A DNA stretch of 64,000 nt from Podarcis tiliguerta (lineage: Eukaryota): NCBI GenBank assembly GCA_965153285.1, contig OZ229112.1; one strand, given 5' to 3'. The translations under genes were made by a program, and so were the position numbers. This document shows, piece after piece, positions 53,322-64,000 of this stretch (positions are counted from its first letter, which is position 1; every line of letters begins with the position of its first letter). Below the pieces are notes generated by a model, which worked only from the letters and a program-made list of their open reading frames with translations, ran no database searches and was not told where the DNA came from.

Positions 53322-53512
53322 ATGCTGTTAAACGACGAACTCTGCCTGCATGGATTCGTGAGGGCCTAGAGAAGATGGAACGAGAAAAGCAAAAGAAGCT
53401 AGAGAAAGAGAGAATGGAGCAGCAGCGTTCTCAGTTGTCTAAGAAAGAAAAAAAGGAAAATGCTCACACAGGAGAAGAAGATGGACCACGGTTACCTCAG
53501 AAAAGTAAATTT
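53322..53512 (+). CDS. PNISR: PNISR coding exon (conserved PNISR domain)
   Basis: atttag|AT...TTT|gtaagt; DAVKRRTLPAWIREGLEKMEREKQKKLEKERMEQQRSQLSKKEKKE...PRLPQKSKF. Confidence 0.97.
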
Positions 53513-53611
53513 GTAAGTGAAAAAGTTTATTGCACTGACAGAACAGTTGTAATAATGCTGCATTGAATTCTAACCTGTATTTTAACCTATTTCATAACCC
53601 GTTTCTTATAG

Positions 53612-53749
53612 GATAGTGATGAAGAAGATGAAGATCTTGATAACGTAGAAGCTACAAGTAGTGGAAAAGTCAGTAGAAGTCCCTCTCCAGCTCCTCAAGA
53701 GGAGCAAAGCGAACCAGAAATGACAGAGGAAGAAAAGGAGTATCAGATG
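53612..53749 (+). CDS. PNISR: PNISR coding exon
   Basis: cttatag|GAT...ATG|gtatg; DSDEEDEDLDNVEATSSGKVSRSPSPAPQEEQSEPEMTEEEKEYQM. Confidence 0.96.
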
Positions 53750-54576
53750 GTATGGATGAGTTTGCGACCAGTTCATTGGCCATGCCTGTATGTGCTTGCT
53801 TATTAGTAGGGCTGCCATTCTATTTAAAGAAATCATAGTTGGTTTATCAAATAATGCTGATTTAATTAATTTTTGTTAAAATTCATTTGACTAAAATAAT
53901 AGTTTGCAGAAAACTCTGTTTTTAGATAGTGTACATGTATTTTGCAGCAAGTGCAATTTTAGAGAGGCATTACCTCCTTTACATAATTGAAGGGGGTGCC
54001 TCTTTAAAGATGGTGTCTGTCACCTGTTGTTTATGCTTACTTAAAAACATCGGCAAGTTATCGGCTAGCGCGACACTGGATGTCACTGATATGGTGCTGA
54101 TATGCATGGCAAGGGGAGAGAATGGCTAGAGTCAAGTTAGGTACACATAACATACCCAAAGGTTTATAAATGCTTGAGCAAACTTTAGATAATTCAAGCT
54201 CTTGATTTATAGGATCAACAGATTCCTATAAGGATCTTGATTCTCTTACTCAGAAAAGATGTATGTGAAATGTGATTGTAGCACTCTTCTCTCCCAAACT
54301 CTGTTTCCATCTGCTTTCATTACTTAACTACACATCACTTGAATGCAAAGGTGAACTGCTGTGCATACTGAACAAATAGGTACATTTTAAAGTACGTTGC
54401 TTGTGGTTGAACATGTAAGAAGTTGCATAGTGTGAGCCCAATGCTTTCTTCAGTAGTTCCAAGAAATCATGGGTAAAGGAACCATTATGCTTCCTAACCT
54501 GAATAACCGAATAGAATTGCAAGGGTTTGCTGAGAATTGTGTTTGAACTGGGGATTTTATATTTATAATTGTTTAG

Positions 54577-54676
54577 ATGTTGCTGACAAAAATGCTGCTG
54601 ACAGAAATTCTCCTAGATGTCACAAATGAAGAAATATATTACGTGGCTAAAGATGCCCATCGTAAAGCAATAAAAG
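54577..54676 (+). CDS. PNISR: PNISR coding exon
   Basis: gtttag|ATG...AAAG|gtatg; MLLTKMLLTEILLDVTNEEIYYVAKDAHRKAIK. Confidence 0.96.
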
Positions 54677-55225
54677 GTATGCTTAGGCTTTCTAGTACTT
54701 TAATTAAATATCCTTTTGCATGTCCTAGAACATTTAAATCCATAGTATCTGTACCTAAAAGCAGTCTGTATGTTAAGGAAGAAAAGTTGCAAAAATTCAG
54801 TTGTAATAATCATATACTATTGTCCTGTGCAGTGTATTGTTCTGTGCAGTGTATTGTGAGTTAACTTCAGTTATTCCATTTCTTTCCTATAGAATGTCAT
54901 TTATTTATTTTAAATGTTTACATATTTTAGATAATTCTAGTTCAAATTTAGCTGAGTAAAACTTAAGGCATACTTGAATTATGAATGAATTTGCTTTCAC
55001 TGTTAGCCAGCTATTTTCTTTTTACGAAAATAGGCAGCTTTATTCCATGTAGTTGTGAGTAAATAATTATATACAGTTCTGTCTTCAGATGAAATTTATT
55101 AACTTGGAAATGTATAACTATAAGAAACTGATCTATCCACTATTAATTCACAGTTTAAATTTCTAAACATTCGTGGCCAGAAAATAACTGGGTTTTCAAT
55201 GGATTACGTTTTTAATGTTTTTTCT

Positions 55226-55383
55226 NNNNNNNNNNNNNNNNNNNNNNNNNNNNNNNNNNNNNNNNNNNNNNNNNNNNNNNNNNNNNNNNNNNNNNNNNNN
55301 NNNNNNNNNNNNNNNNNNNNNNNNNNNNNNNNNNNNNNNNNNNNNNNNNNNNNNNNNNNNNNNNNNNNNNNNNNNNNNNNNNN
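55226..55383. other. Assembly gap (158 N)
   Basis: Run of N bases. Confidence 1.
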
Positions 55384-55393
55384 ACTGGACTTG
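55384..55393 (+). CDS. PNISR: Visible 3' end of a short PNISR exon; remainder lies in the N gap
   Basis: ACT GGA CTT G|gtaagt = TGL(G), the end of the recalled PNISR peptide APAKQLAQSSALASLTGLG; phase 1 fits the next exon. Confidence 0.85.
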
Positions 55394-56589
55394 GTAAGTA
55401 TGTTCCCAGTTTTGAGAGGGACTTAATGGGGAGATTGCTCTGGCTTGCATTTCTAAATATGTATTGAAACTGCCCAACATGCAATAGGCAAGCATCTGAT
55501 AACTTTCGTGTTTCTTAGAAAGGGCTTATCTTGCAAATAAACCTATTAAAATACGCGAAATTGTACAGTGGTGTTATTTCCATTGTAAACATAATGTAAG
55601 CCTGTCCTGTAAATGAAATGTTTTGCACCAGATAGCTACTACAGTATCTAAATAAAGTGAATTTGGAGGAATTTTTCTCCTGTTTTTAATTCAGCTATTA
55701 GTGTGTGCTTTGATAAAAGAAACCAATAAAAATCTACAGTTTTGTCCTGCCAGCAGTCCACACAACAAATGTATGTTTTGAGTTCTCATAGCCAGCAGTT
55801 AGTGAAATATTGGGATATGCTGGATACGAAATTAAGAATTACATTCTGAGATGTAATAGCTTTTTTAAAAATGTTTGAAATATCAGTGTAACATTATACA
55901 ATTTTAGTAACTTGTTATATTAAATATTTTTACTACTAGTAAAAAAATCTTTCACGTTAGCTTAAATGTATTAGTCAACTAATCTGAAGAGAACATAAAA
56001 AGAAAGTAAGAATGCTTCTGTATCAGATGTTCAGTATTACTTTCTGCTAGTCTTGTTAGTTTTTCCAGATCTATCTTTTGGGGGAAGAGAAGTCCATTCC
56101 TATTCCATACCTGTACCTCTTTAATGTACAGTCTTTTCTGAACAGTAGAAAATTGATTGGCATTTGGGACTTTTTAAAGCCCTGGATATTGAAGCTGGCT
56201 GAAATCATTGCAAAGATGTCTTCAGGGACAGGTCTTAGGCACTGCACTCCTGTGTATATGCTCTTGCTGATGTACACTAAGCATTTGGTACTGGCTCTGT
56301 AAAGAGCTTTTTTACCCATATACTTAACGGGAAAGTATGTAACCATAGCGATTGCTTGCTGGAAAACATGGCAAGCTATTCCGGAAGAAGTAAAACCAGA
56401 TACTGAACAGCAGGTCAAATGTGTGGGCCTTGAACATCCAGTCAACCACCTTTGGCACTTCCTCCAGAATAAGTGGCTTCTTCAGTGAAGAAGTGAAAGA
56501 TGGGCAATATACTCTCCTCTTTGCCCTGCAGAAATATTAAGAACCAGGATTAATCTTCCCTCGTGATAGACTAGGCTTTATGCACGCAG

Positions 56590-56760
56590 GTGGACTGGGT
56601 GGTTATGGATCAGGAGACAGTGACGATGAGAGGAGCGACAGAGGCTCTGAGTCATCCGATACTGATGACGAGGAACTGCGACACAGAATCAGGCAAAAAC
56701 AAGAAGCATTTTGGAGAAAGGAGAGAGAACAGCAGCTATTGCTAGAGAAACAGCTGGAAG
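56590..56760 (+). CDS. PNISR: PNISR coding exon
   Basis: cacgcag|GT...GAAG|gtagg; GGLGGYGSGDSDDERSDRGSESSDTDDEELRHRIRQKQEAFWRKEREQQLLLEKQLE. Confidence 0.96.
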
Positions 56761-57594
56761 GTAGGATGTGTGTTTGGTTCAGAATTGACGACAGCAGCAG
56801 TGGTTTCCAACCTCTCAGACTTATGTGCCAGCTTGTACCCTAACTTGCAACCTGGGAGCCAAGCGCAGAATAATGCACCATGTACACAAGCCTGAGCTAT
56901 AGAGTACATTACAGGTAACTGAGGAATTTGGGGTTTTCTCTGTGCTTTGATACTAGTTCACAACTCCAAATAACTCTTGATCTTTAGGTGACCTCATCTC
57001 TGTCAATAACACAGATAGTAAAATTTCATAAGCAGAGGCCTTGGCCATTGTAATTCCTAAGATCTGTTAAGAGTTGGATACACAAGGACTGGCTCACATC
57101 CAGAATGTAACAAGTAAAGAATCTGCTAGAATCTTTGGATAGAATAGAGGCAGAATTAGCTATAGCATGAAGAAATCCTTGGGGAAAGGCACACACTTTC
57201 CAGTACAGAGATTCCAGGAACACACATATTACAAAGATTCCTCTGAATTCATTGAGACTGCCAGTTTACAGTTGCCCATGGCAACAGAGATATTTCATAG
57301 ATATTTATTGTGATTATTGTTTAGGTTCCATTTATATACTTGCTTCAAAACCCTATTAAAAAGGGAATTGTTGATGATTAACAACCCAATCTAATTCATG
57401 TTCACTTGTAAATAAGCTCCATTGACTTTCAAATAGCTACAGAAAAGAAGTAATGTAAAAGAAGTAATGTTACACTATGCTGCCTTGTTGATACACTGGC
57501 CATTAGTGGACGATAGGGAGAGATTTCTTGTATCTCTGCCATCTTGCTTGGCGTGATTTTTGTATTTGTTTCTTTTATGCACATACTTTTGCAG

Positions 57595-58712
57595 AAGAAA
57601 AGCTCCAGAATGAGAAAATTGCTAAAGAGATGAGTGAACTCACCAGTAAAGAGCAAAACAGCAGTTCACCACCAGAGGATGCAAAAGAAGAGGTGGAGGC
57701 GGATGTGTTCAGTGAAAAGAAAAAATCTCCAAAGCAAATGACACCAGATGCTGAACCCAAAAAAGAGGTTAAAGAAAAAGAGAGAATAGGGAGGAGTAGG
57801 TCAAAAAGTTCAAGCAGTGGTAGTTCGAGTGCCAACAGCAGAAGTAGTAGCAGTAGCAGCAGCAGCACAGCCTCTAGTTCATCCTATAGCAGTAGCTCTG
57901 GCAGCAGTCGCAGCTCTTCACATTCTTCTTCCCCTAAAAGGAAAAAGAGGCGTAGCCACAGTAGATCACCTTCGCATAAGGTTAGGCGCAGCAGAAGCAG
58001 GAGCTATTCTCACAGAAACAGGAGAGAGAGGAGCAGGAGTAGGGGCAAGGTAAGAGAAAGGCGGAGATCTAGTAGACATAGGAGTGCAGACAGGGGGGAG
58101 AGGAGGCGAAATCGTAGTCCTTCCCATGACCGAAACTGGGAGAGGCGTAGAAGTGATAGTCACTCAAGGGATAGACTTGCTAGCCTTTCCGCTCGTAGTG
58201 GGAGTCGAGATAGGCGTAAAAGTGAGGACCAGCGTAGAAGTGAAAGTGGAAACAGGCACAAACACAGCCACGATAGTAAAGTTCAGGAGAGGAAAAAGGA
58301 ACGCAGCAGGAGCCTAGAAAAAGACAAGAAAAAGAACAGAGAGAGGGAGAGAGACCAGGAGAAGCGCAAAGAGAAACAGAGAAAAGAAGAAAAAGACAGT
58401 AAAGCTGGCAATCATGACGAGAGATTAAAGAGGAAAAGAGATAGTGAAAGAACGGTCTCTCGTAGCGATTCAGTTTCCTCAAAAACATTAAGGCATGATT
58501 CTAGGCAGGAAAGCAAGAAAAGTTCTACCAAAGAGAGCAAAAAGCACTCAGGTTCGGAATCTAGCACAAGGAGCAGTTCTGAGTCACCAGGCAGCAGCAA
58601 AGAAAAGAAGTCTAAGAAAGCCAAGCATAGTCGGTCGCGGTCCGTGGAGAAATCTCAAAGGTCTGGTAAGAAGGCAAGCCGCAAACACAAGTCTAAATCA
58701 CGATCAAGGTAG
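57595..58712 (+). CDS. PNISR: PNISR large exon encoding the Ser/Arg/Lys-rich (RS) C-terminal region
   Basis: ttttgcag|AA; frame of ORF 57528..58712; RS dipeptide runs, ends KASRKHKSKSRSR* (TAG 58710-58712). Confidence 0.96.
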
Positions 58713-58967
58713 TATTCTTTTAAGTATCTTGTTTGATTTATGTATTTATTTCTGTTTTTGTTCATCATCATGCCTGCAACTATATATTTTACAAGTTAAG
58801 CTAACTTCTTTAGATTATTCTCGGTGGGGTGGGGGTGGCGGCGGATGGGAACGACTTTGATAGCATTGATTTCCAACTAAGAAAATTTAAGTTTTTAAGC
58901 CTAACGTGTGTGTTTTTTGATAGTTCTTTTCCTCTTTAATTTCCCTCCCTTTCTCTTTATTTTTCAG

Positions 58968-58998
58968 ATCAATGACTCCTCCACGTCGTAAACGCTGA
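58968..58998 (+). CDS. PNISR: PNISR alternative terminal coding segment (SMTPPRRKR*)
   Basis: About 40-nt polypyrimidine tract + ttttcag| at 58967; joined to donor AG|gtagta at 58708/58709 it gives in-frame ...SRS-R-SMTPPRRKR TGA. Confidence 0.75.
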
Positions 58999-59301
58999 GG
59001 AATGATATGGCACTAGTCATACGATTTAAAAATTCCATGAGTTTTTAAGGGCTTGTCTCATTATAGAGGCTCATTATAGAGGCTACAGTTGTGGCTGTGT
59101 AGGTGAAAGCTGAACCCTCCTTTTTAAAAAAATAATCTGTAAATAGCTGTATTTTTGGGAAACGCTGCTCGGAGTTAAGTACTTGCTAGGATTTCTTTGT
59201 ATTTACATTTTTCCTTAGTAGTGCTTACTAAGACTATGAAATATGCCATTCTCTTTCAGCTGTAATGTTCTTAAAATTGCTATTGAATGTACTGTGATGT
59301 C

Positions 59302-59307
59302 AATAAA
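59302..59307 (+). terminator. PNISR polyadenylation signal candidate (AATAAA)
   Basis: AATAAA with upstream TGTA elements and a downstream U/GU-rich tract (ttcattttttgttt). Confidence 0.6.
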
Positions 59308-61329
59308 GTTCTTTAGTTCATTTTTTGTTTAAATTCTTGTATTTTAATTTATTTTAAATTACTTTTTTTTTACAATACACTTTTGTAAAATACTGAACAG
59401 TTTGTCAGTTTTAAATTTTCTCAGTGTTTTAAGTTTCCTCCTTCGATAGTTCAAGGTCGGTCAGTCCCCGGGCAAAATAATTGTTAAAATGAACTAGGGT
59501 TTTGTTTTTAAAAAACATTTATTGAATTATCATCCTACTGTCTGTGACTAAAATGTGGATAATTCTTATTGTACAACATACCAATATTAGCCAAGCACAA
59601 ATAGTAGCGAAGTGTAAGTAAACAACATGTATGATGTGAGTTTGTAACTTTGAAACTCTATTCCTCAATATCCTACTTCTGTGTTAAAAAGCACACTCTA
59701 TAATGGTTCATATGGTTAGAGAAGCTAGAATCTATTTTGGATTCATTTGTTTTATTACTCTATAACTTCTGCATTAGAAACCATTAAATAACTCTGTGAT
59801 ACAGAAGGTTAATAAAAATAACTAGGTCTGGTCTTGCAACTTATTACTAGAAATATGGTTTCACTTTAAAAAACAAGACAGTTTTTAAACTTCTTTTTCC
59901 AACATATTAACCATCTAGAGAGATTGTCTTTTGGCTGATAGAACTGAACTCGTAAAAACAGGCATTTGCAAACTGCAAATTTACAACCTGCCCATCCCAA
60001 ACAACTGTCAACAAACATTGTGAATTCTTGGGAACTTCAAAATGTCAAATAATACATTCTGATGAGGGGTATTATGCTTTTTGGTTTTTAAATATAATTC
60101 TGCTGACTAAATATACCCTTTAAAAATGGCTAACGAATGCAATGGCATATGCAATTGGGAATGTTCCATTAAATCTTCCAGGTAAATATTGCATAAAAAG
60201 AACTGCACCAAACAATTATGTTGCCCAGAGTCCTCCCATCTCTTTCTCCATGAATTCAACCTACTGTAGTTTTAAACGAAAGAAGAGAAACAAGCTCTAA
60301 GGATAAACTGGTTTTTAGATAACTAAGAATCTGAGAGATTTGGTTCAAAAATTAAAACAGTGGGGGCAAAGATTTTTTTCAGTGCTCCCATTTATTTTAA
60401 AATGAAGTACTGAGGAATACAGCTTTCTATGATCTACTGCATCCACTTTTTATACTAGACTTCTATTTGTTAAGTAAATGATTGTGCATGAGGCTTTTTA
60501 TATACTACACCAGCTGGATTTGTCACTCCCTGTATCAATGGAAATTTCATTCACACAAGTGCACTAATTTCAGTAATGTCTGTATGCCAATAAAGAGAGC
60601 ATACTCTTCCTATTTAAAAGGTTCATAGGTTTTACTTAATGGTCTATATAACACATCACAGAGAGAATGGTGGGACCAAACTGTTGTCACAATGAGCCTT
60701 TAAGTAAATTGAGTTTCCTTTACTGGAGCTATAATTAATTTTTCTACAGAATATGATTGACTTGGATCCAAAGAAGTGACATAAGGAGGCTGTCTGGGTC
60801 TATTTGGGTTTTAGTGCCTTGTGCCATCACCAGCCCATACAATCAGTTACTTACCTTCTTATAATTTCATCACCTTTCTTACACACCCTGCCAATTATTC
60901 TAGTGCTTGTGGAATCAAAACGGTTGCCTAGATAAGAGTCTATTCTCTGTGCTGAATGAAGAGACAATTGAAGAGTTATTGGAGGTTGAAGGTCTCACGG
61001 AGAACCATCCCATGTACAAGATTGTAAACAACCAGAAGTTTTTTCTCCCCTCATGTGCAAGCCATAAAGGCAGGAAGGGAACATCTGTCTGCGAGCCAGG
61101 CCACACTCGAGTGCTTGGCTGGTGAAATTAGCCTACTGTACATATTAAAATATACATTTGTTGCTCCAGCCATTTTATTCTCCACTTTATGAAATATATA
61201 TTGAAACGTTGCAATAAGGAAAGGCTATAACAGAGACTGATGATTTCTGAGAAAGACCTAAAACAAGAGTCACCCCCCTTTAAACTTTTTACCAGCTTTG
61301 TCTGATTCACCAACTATAGTTATTCCTGG

Positions 61330-61945
61330 ACAGGGATAACTTGGCTGCTGTTGTCCATGCATTGGTAACCTCGAGGCTGGATTACTGTAATGTGTTCTAT
61401 GTGGACCTGCCCTTGGTCTGGTTTGGAAACTCCCAAGCTGACAGAAGCTTCTGGTCAAGAACCTGTGATGCCATTGCTAAAACAGCTGCTTTGACTGCTC
61501 ACTTACTGTGGAACCAGGTTCAAGGTTCTTGCACTAATTTACAAAGCCCAGAACAATGTAGGTCCAGGGTACCTCAGGAAGTGCCTGAATCCTTATATCC
61601 CAGAGATCATCTGCAGGAGCATCGTCTGTCACTCCTCAAGTTGGGTCGGCTCCTTGGACAATTAACAAAGGGAACCTTTGGTGCCATCTGCCCAGTCCTG
61701 TGGAATGATCTGCCATTATTCAGCAAGCTCCTTCTGTGTCAGCCTTGGTGTAAACTTCTCCATTCAGGCCTATGCAGACAATTAAGAATGCATCCTTCCC
61801 ACAGTAGTAAATTGATGCCTGTGTTGTTAACTTTTTCCTTTTTGTCTTTTATTGTATGGTTTTATGTTTTATTGCTGCTAACCGATTTGGGTGTGTGTGG
61901 TTTGTTTTTTAATGACACAGCGGTACATAAATATATATTTTTTAA
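61330..61945 (+). mobile_element. Decayed L2-clade LINE 3' fragment
   Basis: ORF 61341 begins AAVVHALVTSRLDYCN, the L2-clade post-RT motif; downstream frame degenerate. Confidence 0.75.
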
Positions 61946-61969
61946 ATAAACTAACAAATAAACTGCTCA

Positions 61970-62214
61970 AAAAAGCGGCTTCCTCGCCTCCCGCGAGCAC
62001 GGCTACAGTCTGACTTTGCCGCAAGGCTGTCCCCCCCCCCCGGCGGCCTTTCAGGATGACCGTGGCGCTATTCCTAAAAGCTGCGTCTCTTCTCGCCGGA
62101 ACCGGAAGTTGAGCGCGGGTTGTGGCTGGGAACGGCGAGCCCTATTGGTAGGTGCAGGGACCGGGAGGTGGAGCCCCGCCTGAGAGTGGCACCGCGCGGA
62201 GATCCGCTTGAGCC
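61970..62214 (+). promoter_or_regulatory. COQ3: CpG-island promoter of COQ3
   Basis: CpG-rich; tandem ETS/GABPA-type CCGGAACCGGAAGT 62096-62109, inverted CCAAT (ATTGG 62144-62148), GC box 62173-62180; typical of nuclear genes for mitochondrial proteins. Confidence 0.75.
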
Positions 62215-62320
62215 ATGAAGGGCTGGCAGAGCGGCTGCCTCAGCCGGGCCAGGCGGCTGTGGGTCTTCCGCGGGGAGATGGCGGGAGGCTGGGCGGCTTG
62301 CCGGCGCGCCCTGAGTTCCT
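62215..62320 (+). CDS. COQ3: COQ3 (ubiquinone biosynthesis O-methyltransferase) first coding exon, mitochondrial transit peptide
   Basis: gccATG...TCCT|gtgagt; MKGWQSGCLSRARRLWVFRGEMAGGWAACRRALSS is Arg-rich and acid-poor; 106-nt phase-1 exon; identity rests mainly on conserved USP45-PNISR-COQ3 synteny. Confidence 0.75.
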
Positions 62321-64000
62321 GTGAGTAAGCCTTTGCGCTTCGCCGTGGCTTTGGGGTCCTGCCCTACCTTCGGTGTCCTTGCATGCTGACGGGCTTCTTC
62401 CGCACGTATCTCCGGCTGGGTGGCTCCCTGTTATCCCTGCGGAATTGGCACCTTTGCTCTGGTAAAAGGCTTGGGGAGCCGATCCCCCCCCCGCCCCCAA
62501 ATCTGGTGCTGAAGTGACTTCAAAGCATTTCATTACAATCTGCCGCAGCCTAGCAGGACGATCCTTTTGGAATTGGTCACACCCACCCCTGTCTGTGCTT
62601 GGCTTAAATACAGGACCTTTCACATGCATTTGGAAAGGATCCCTAACGAGAGAGAGCAAGAGAGAGAAGACAAAAGTGTATCAATACAGGACGCAGCATT
62701 TCAGATTGGAATAGGGGACAATCCTGTATTGTACAGGGCAACCCTAGCAAGTGGGGCTTCCTCTGGTAGGGCTGCCATATTTCTAAAAGTAAAAAAAACC
62801 AGGTCACCCTGGAAGTTACTGAGTTTTTTTTGTTTAGGAAAACCCTACCAATTACAGCCCTACCAATTGACATAGCAGAAAACAGCACCTGTTGCATTCA
62901 TGCCTGGTGAGCTTAACGTTTCCTTTTACCCCATTGTTTCAGCTGTCACGGATTACAGCCAAAGCTCTAGATAGGTTTCGTCGCATTTGCCTGCCCCTGC
63001 CATTGTAGTGCTTCCCCGCTGTCTGTTGATTGTAAGGTCTTTGGGAACAGGGCCCTCGATTTGCTGGTTATGCAATTTTGCAAGGTGCTAGGGTGTGCTG
63101 CTAATGCAGTAGAAGGTGGGTAAATAGCTTTGCCATCTAACTTTGGATGAATTTTCACAGCCCCAACCAAGTTGTCTGATCCTCATGTCACTAGCTTATT
63201 CTATTGAATGTTAAGTTTGCATTGAAATTATCACTGGAGTGTGAGGGTGTGGATCTTTCACCTTCGAGGTAGGCCACAGGATGGTTTAAAATCAAAGCAA
63301 GTAAATAAGGATATGTAAAATCCAGTAAAAACATACAACAAATCACTGAATAACAGTTTTTCATCACAGCAACAATCAGGTCTCATCTCCTCCAATTGCC
63401 CGCTGAAAAGCTGTGTTTACTAGCTACTTGGATCTGTAAAGAAATGAGGCAAGATGCATGTGCAAGGATCCCAAGCTGCAAGGATCCACCACCGAAAAGG
63501 GTGGTGACTCTTGCACCATATTAGATGAGGAGTGCCTGATCTGCTGATCTTATAGCAATGGTGTGTCAGTATGGGAAAAGGAACTCTTGCACATAGTAGT
63601 TTCAGCCCATTAAAAAGCAGTGTCACTAACATAACTTATGTATAACTGTGGTAACACATGGTTGCCCTTTTGGATTAAAACAATCTGATTCCTGAGACTA
63701 ATTATGAAAATGTGCAAAACATTATATGCTGCTGAAAGAACTCCAAAATGTTACATGAGCCAACCGTTTGCAGCCATTGTTTGTAGAAAATAGGTGCTAA
63801 CCTGTTCAGCTAGAAACTCAGATGTATTAGGGATTCTTAGGAGTTTTAAAAATTGTTGGGCCAGGAAGCTTACAACAAAAATTGCTTTACTTCTCTCTCT
63901 CCAGGTAATCACTATGGACAGCCTCCTCAGATACTCCAAATACCCTTCCTTAAGAGGTGTAAAAATCAGTTAAAATATCATATATTTGTTAGTTTGATTC

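Noticed and set aside
53513-53611. 99-nt PNISR intron (multiple of 3) as a possible coding retained intron
   Set aside because: Contains an in-frame stop at 53564-53566.
57575-58860. Antisense and alternate-frame ORFs over the PNISR RS exon
   Set aside because: Shadows of low-complexity Ser/Arg/Lys codon usage.
59057-59082. Short perfect tandem duplications (ctcattatagagg x2; also 57443-57470 and about 54825-54858)
   Set aside because: Ordinary slippage duplications with only two copies; not CRISPR-like and no evident function.
61341-61949. 202-aa ORF between PNISR and COQ3
   Set aside because: Starts with the L2 LINE motif LVTSRLDYCN at a non-ATG codon; decayed retroelement.
1-64000. CRISPR arrays, prokaryotic operons, rRNA, intact transposase or RT genes, snoRNAs
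   Set aside because: None seen; eukaryotic intron-exon DNA. Small ncRNAs cannot be fully excluded without a covariance-model search (Infernal/Rfam).

Overview
Vertebrate nuclear DNA, almost certainly a squamate and probably a lacertid lizard (inferred from Sauria SINEs, Bov-B LINE fragments and lizard-type MITEs). Three spliced housekeeping genes lie head-to-tail on the + strand in the conserved order USP45 -> PNISR -> COQ3. (1) The last 13 coding exons of USP45 (deubiquitinase; Cys box GNTCFFN, His box GGHY, stop at 34030); the 5' exons lie upstream of the window. (2) PNISR (SFRS18, PNN-interacting SR-rich protein): CpG-island promoter at about 40.6-41.7 kb, ATG at 48041, stop at 58712 or an alternative stop at 58998, with one short exon mostly hidden by an N gap. 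(3) The CpG-island promoter and first coding exon of COQ3. I traced exons by hand and splice phases are consistent across the visible exons. Most ORFs in the supplied track are spurious. Introns carry many SINE, LINE and DNA-transposon relics, several with intact TSDs. I found no convincing new protein-coding system. The most interesting signals are the alternative-processing architecture of PNISR (a splice donor overlapping the stop codon, an intron read-through/polyA and poison-exon candidate upstream of the RS domain, a possible GC-donor 5'UTR exon) and several informative transposon insertions. Comparisons to human proteins are from memory, not from a database search.
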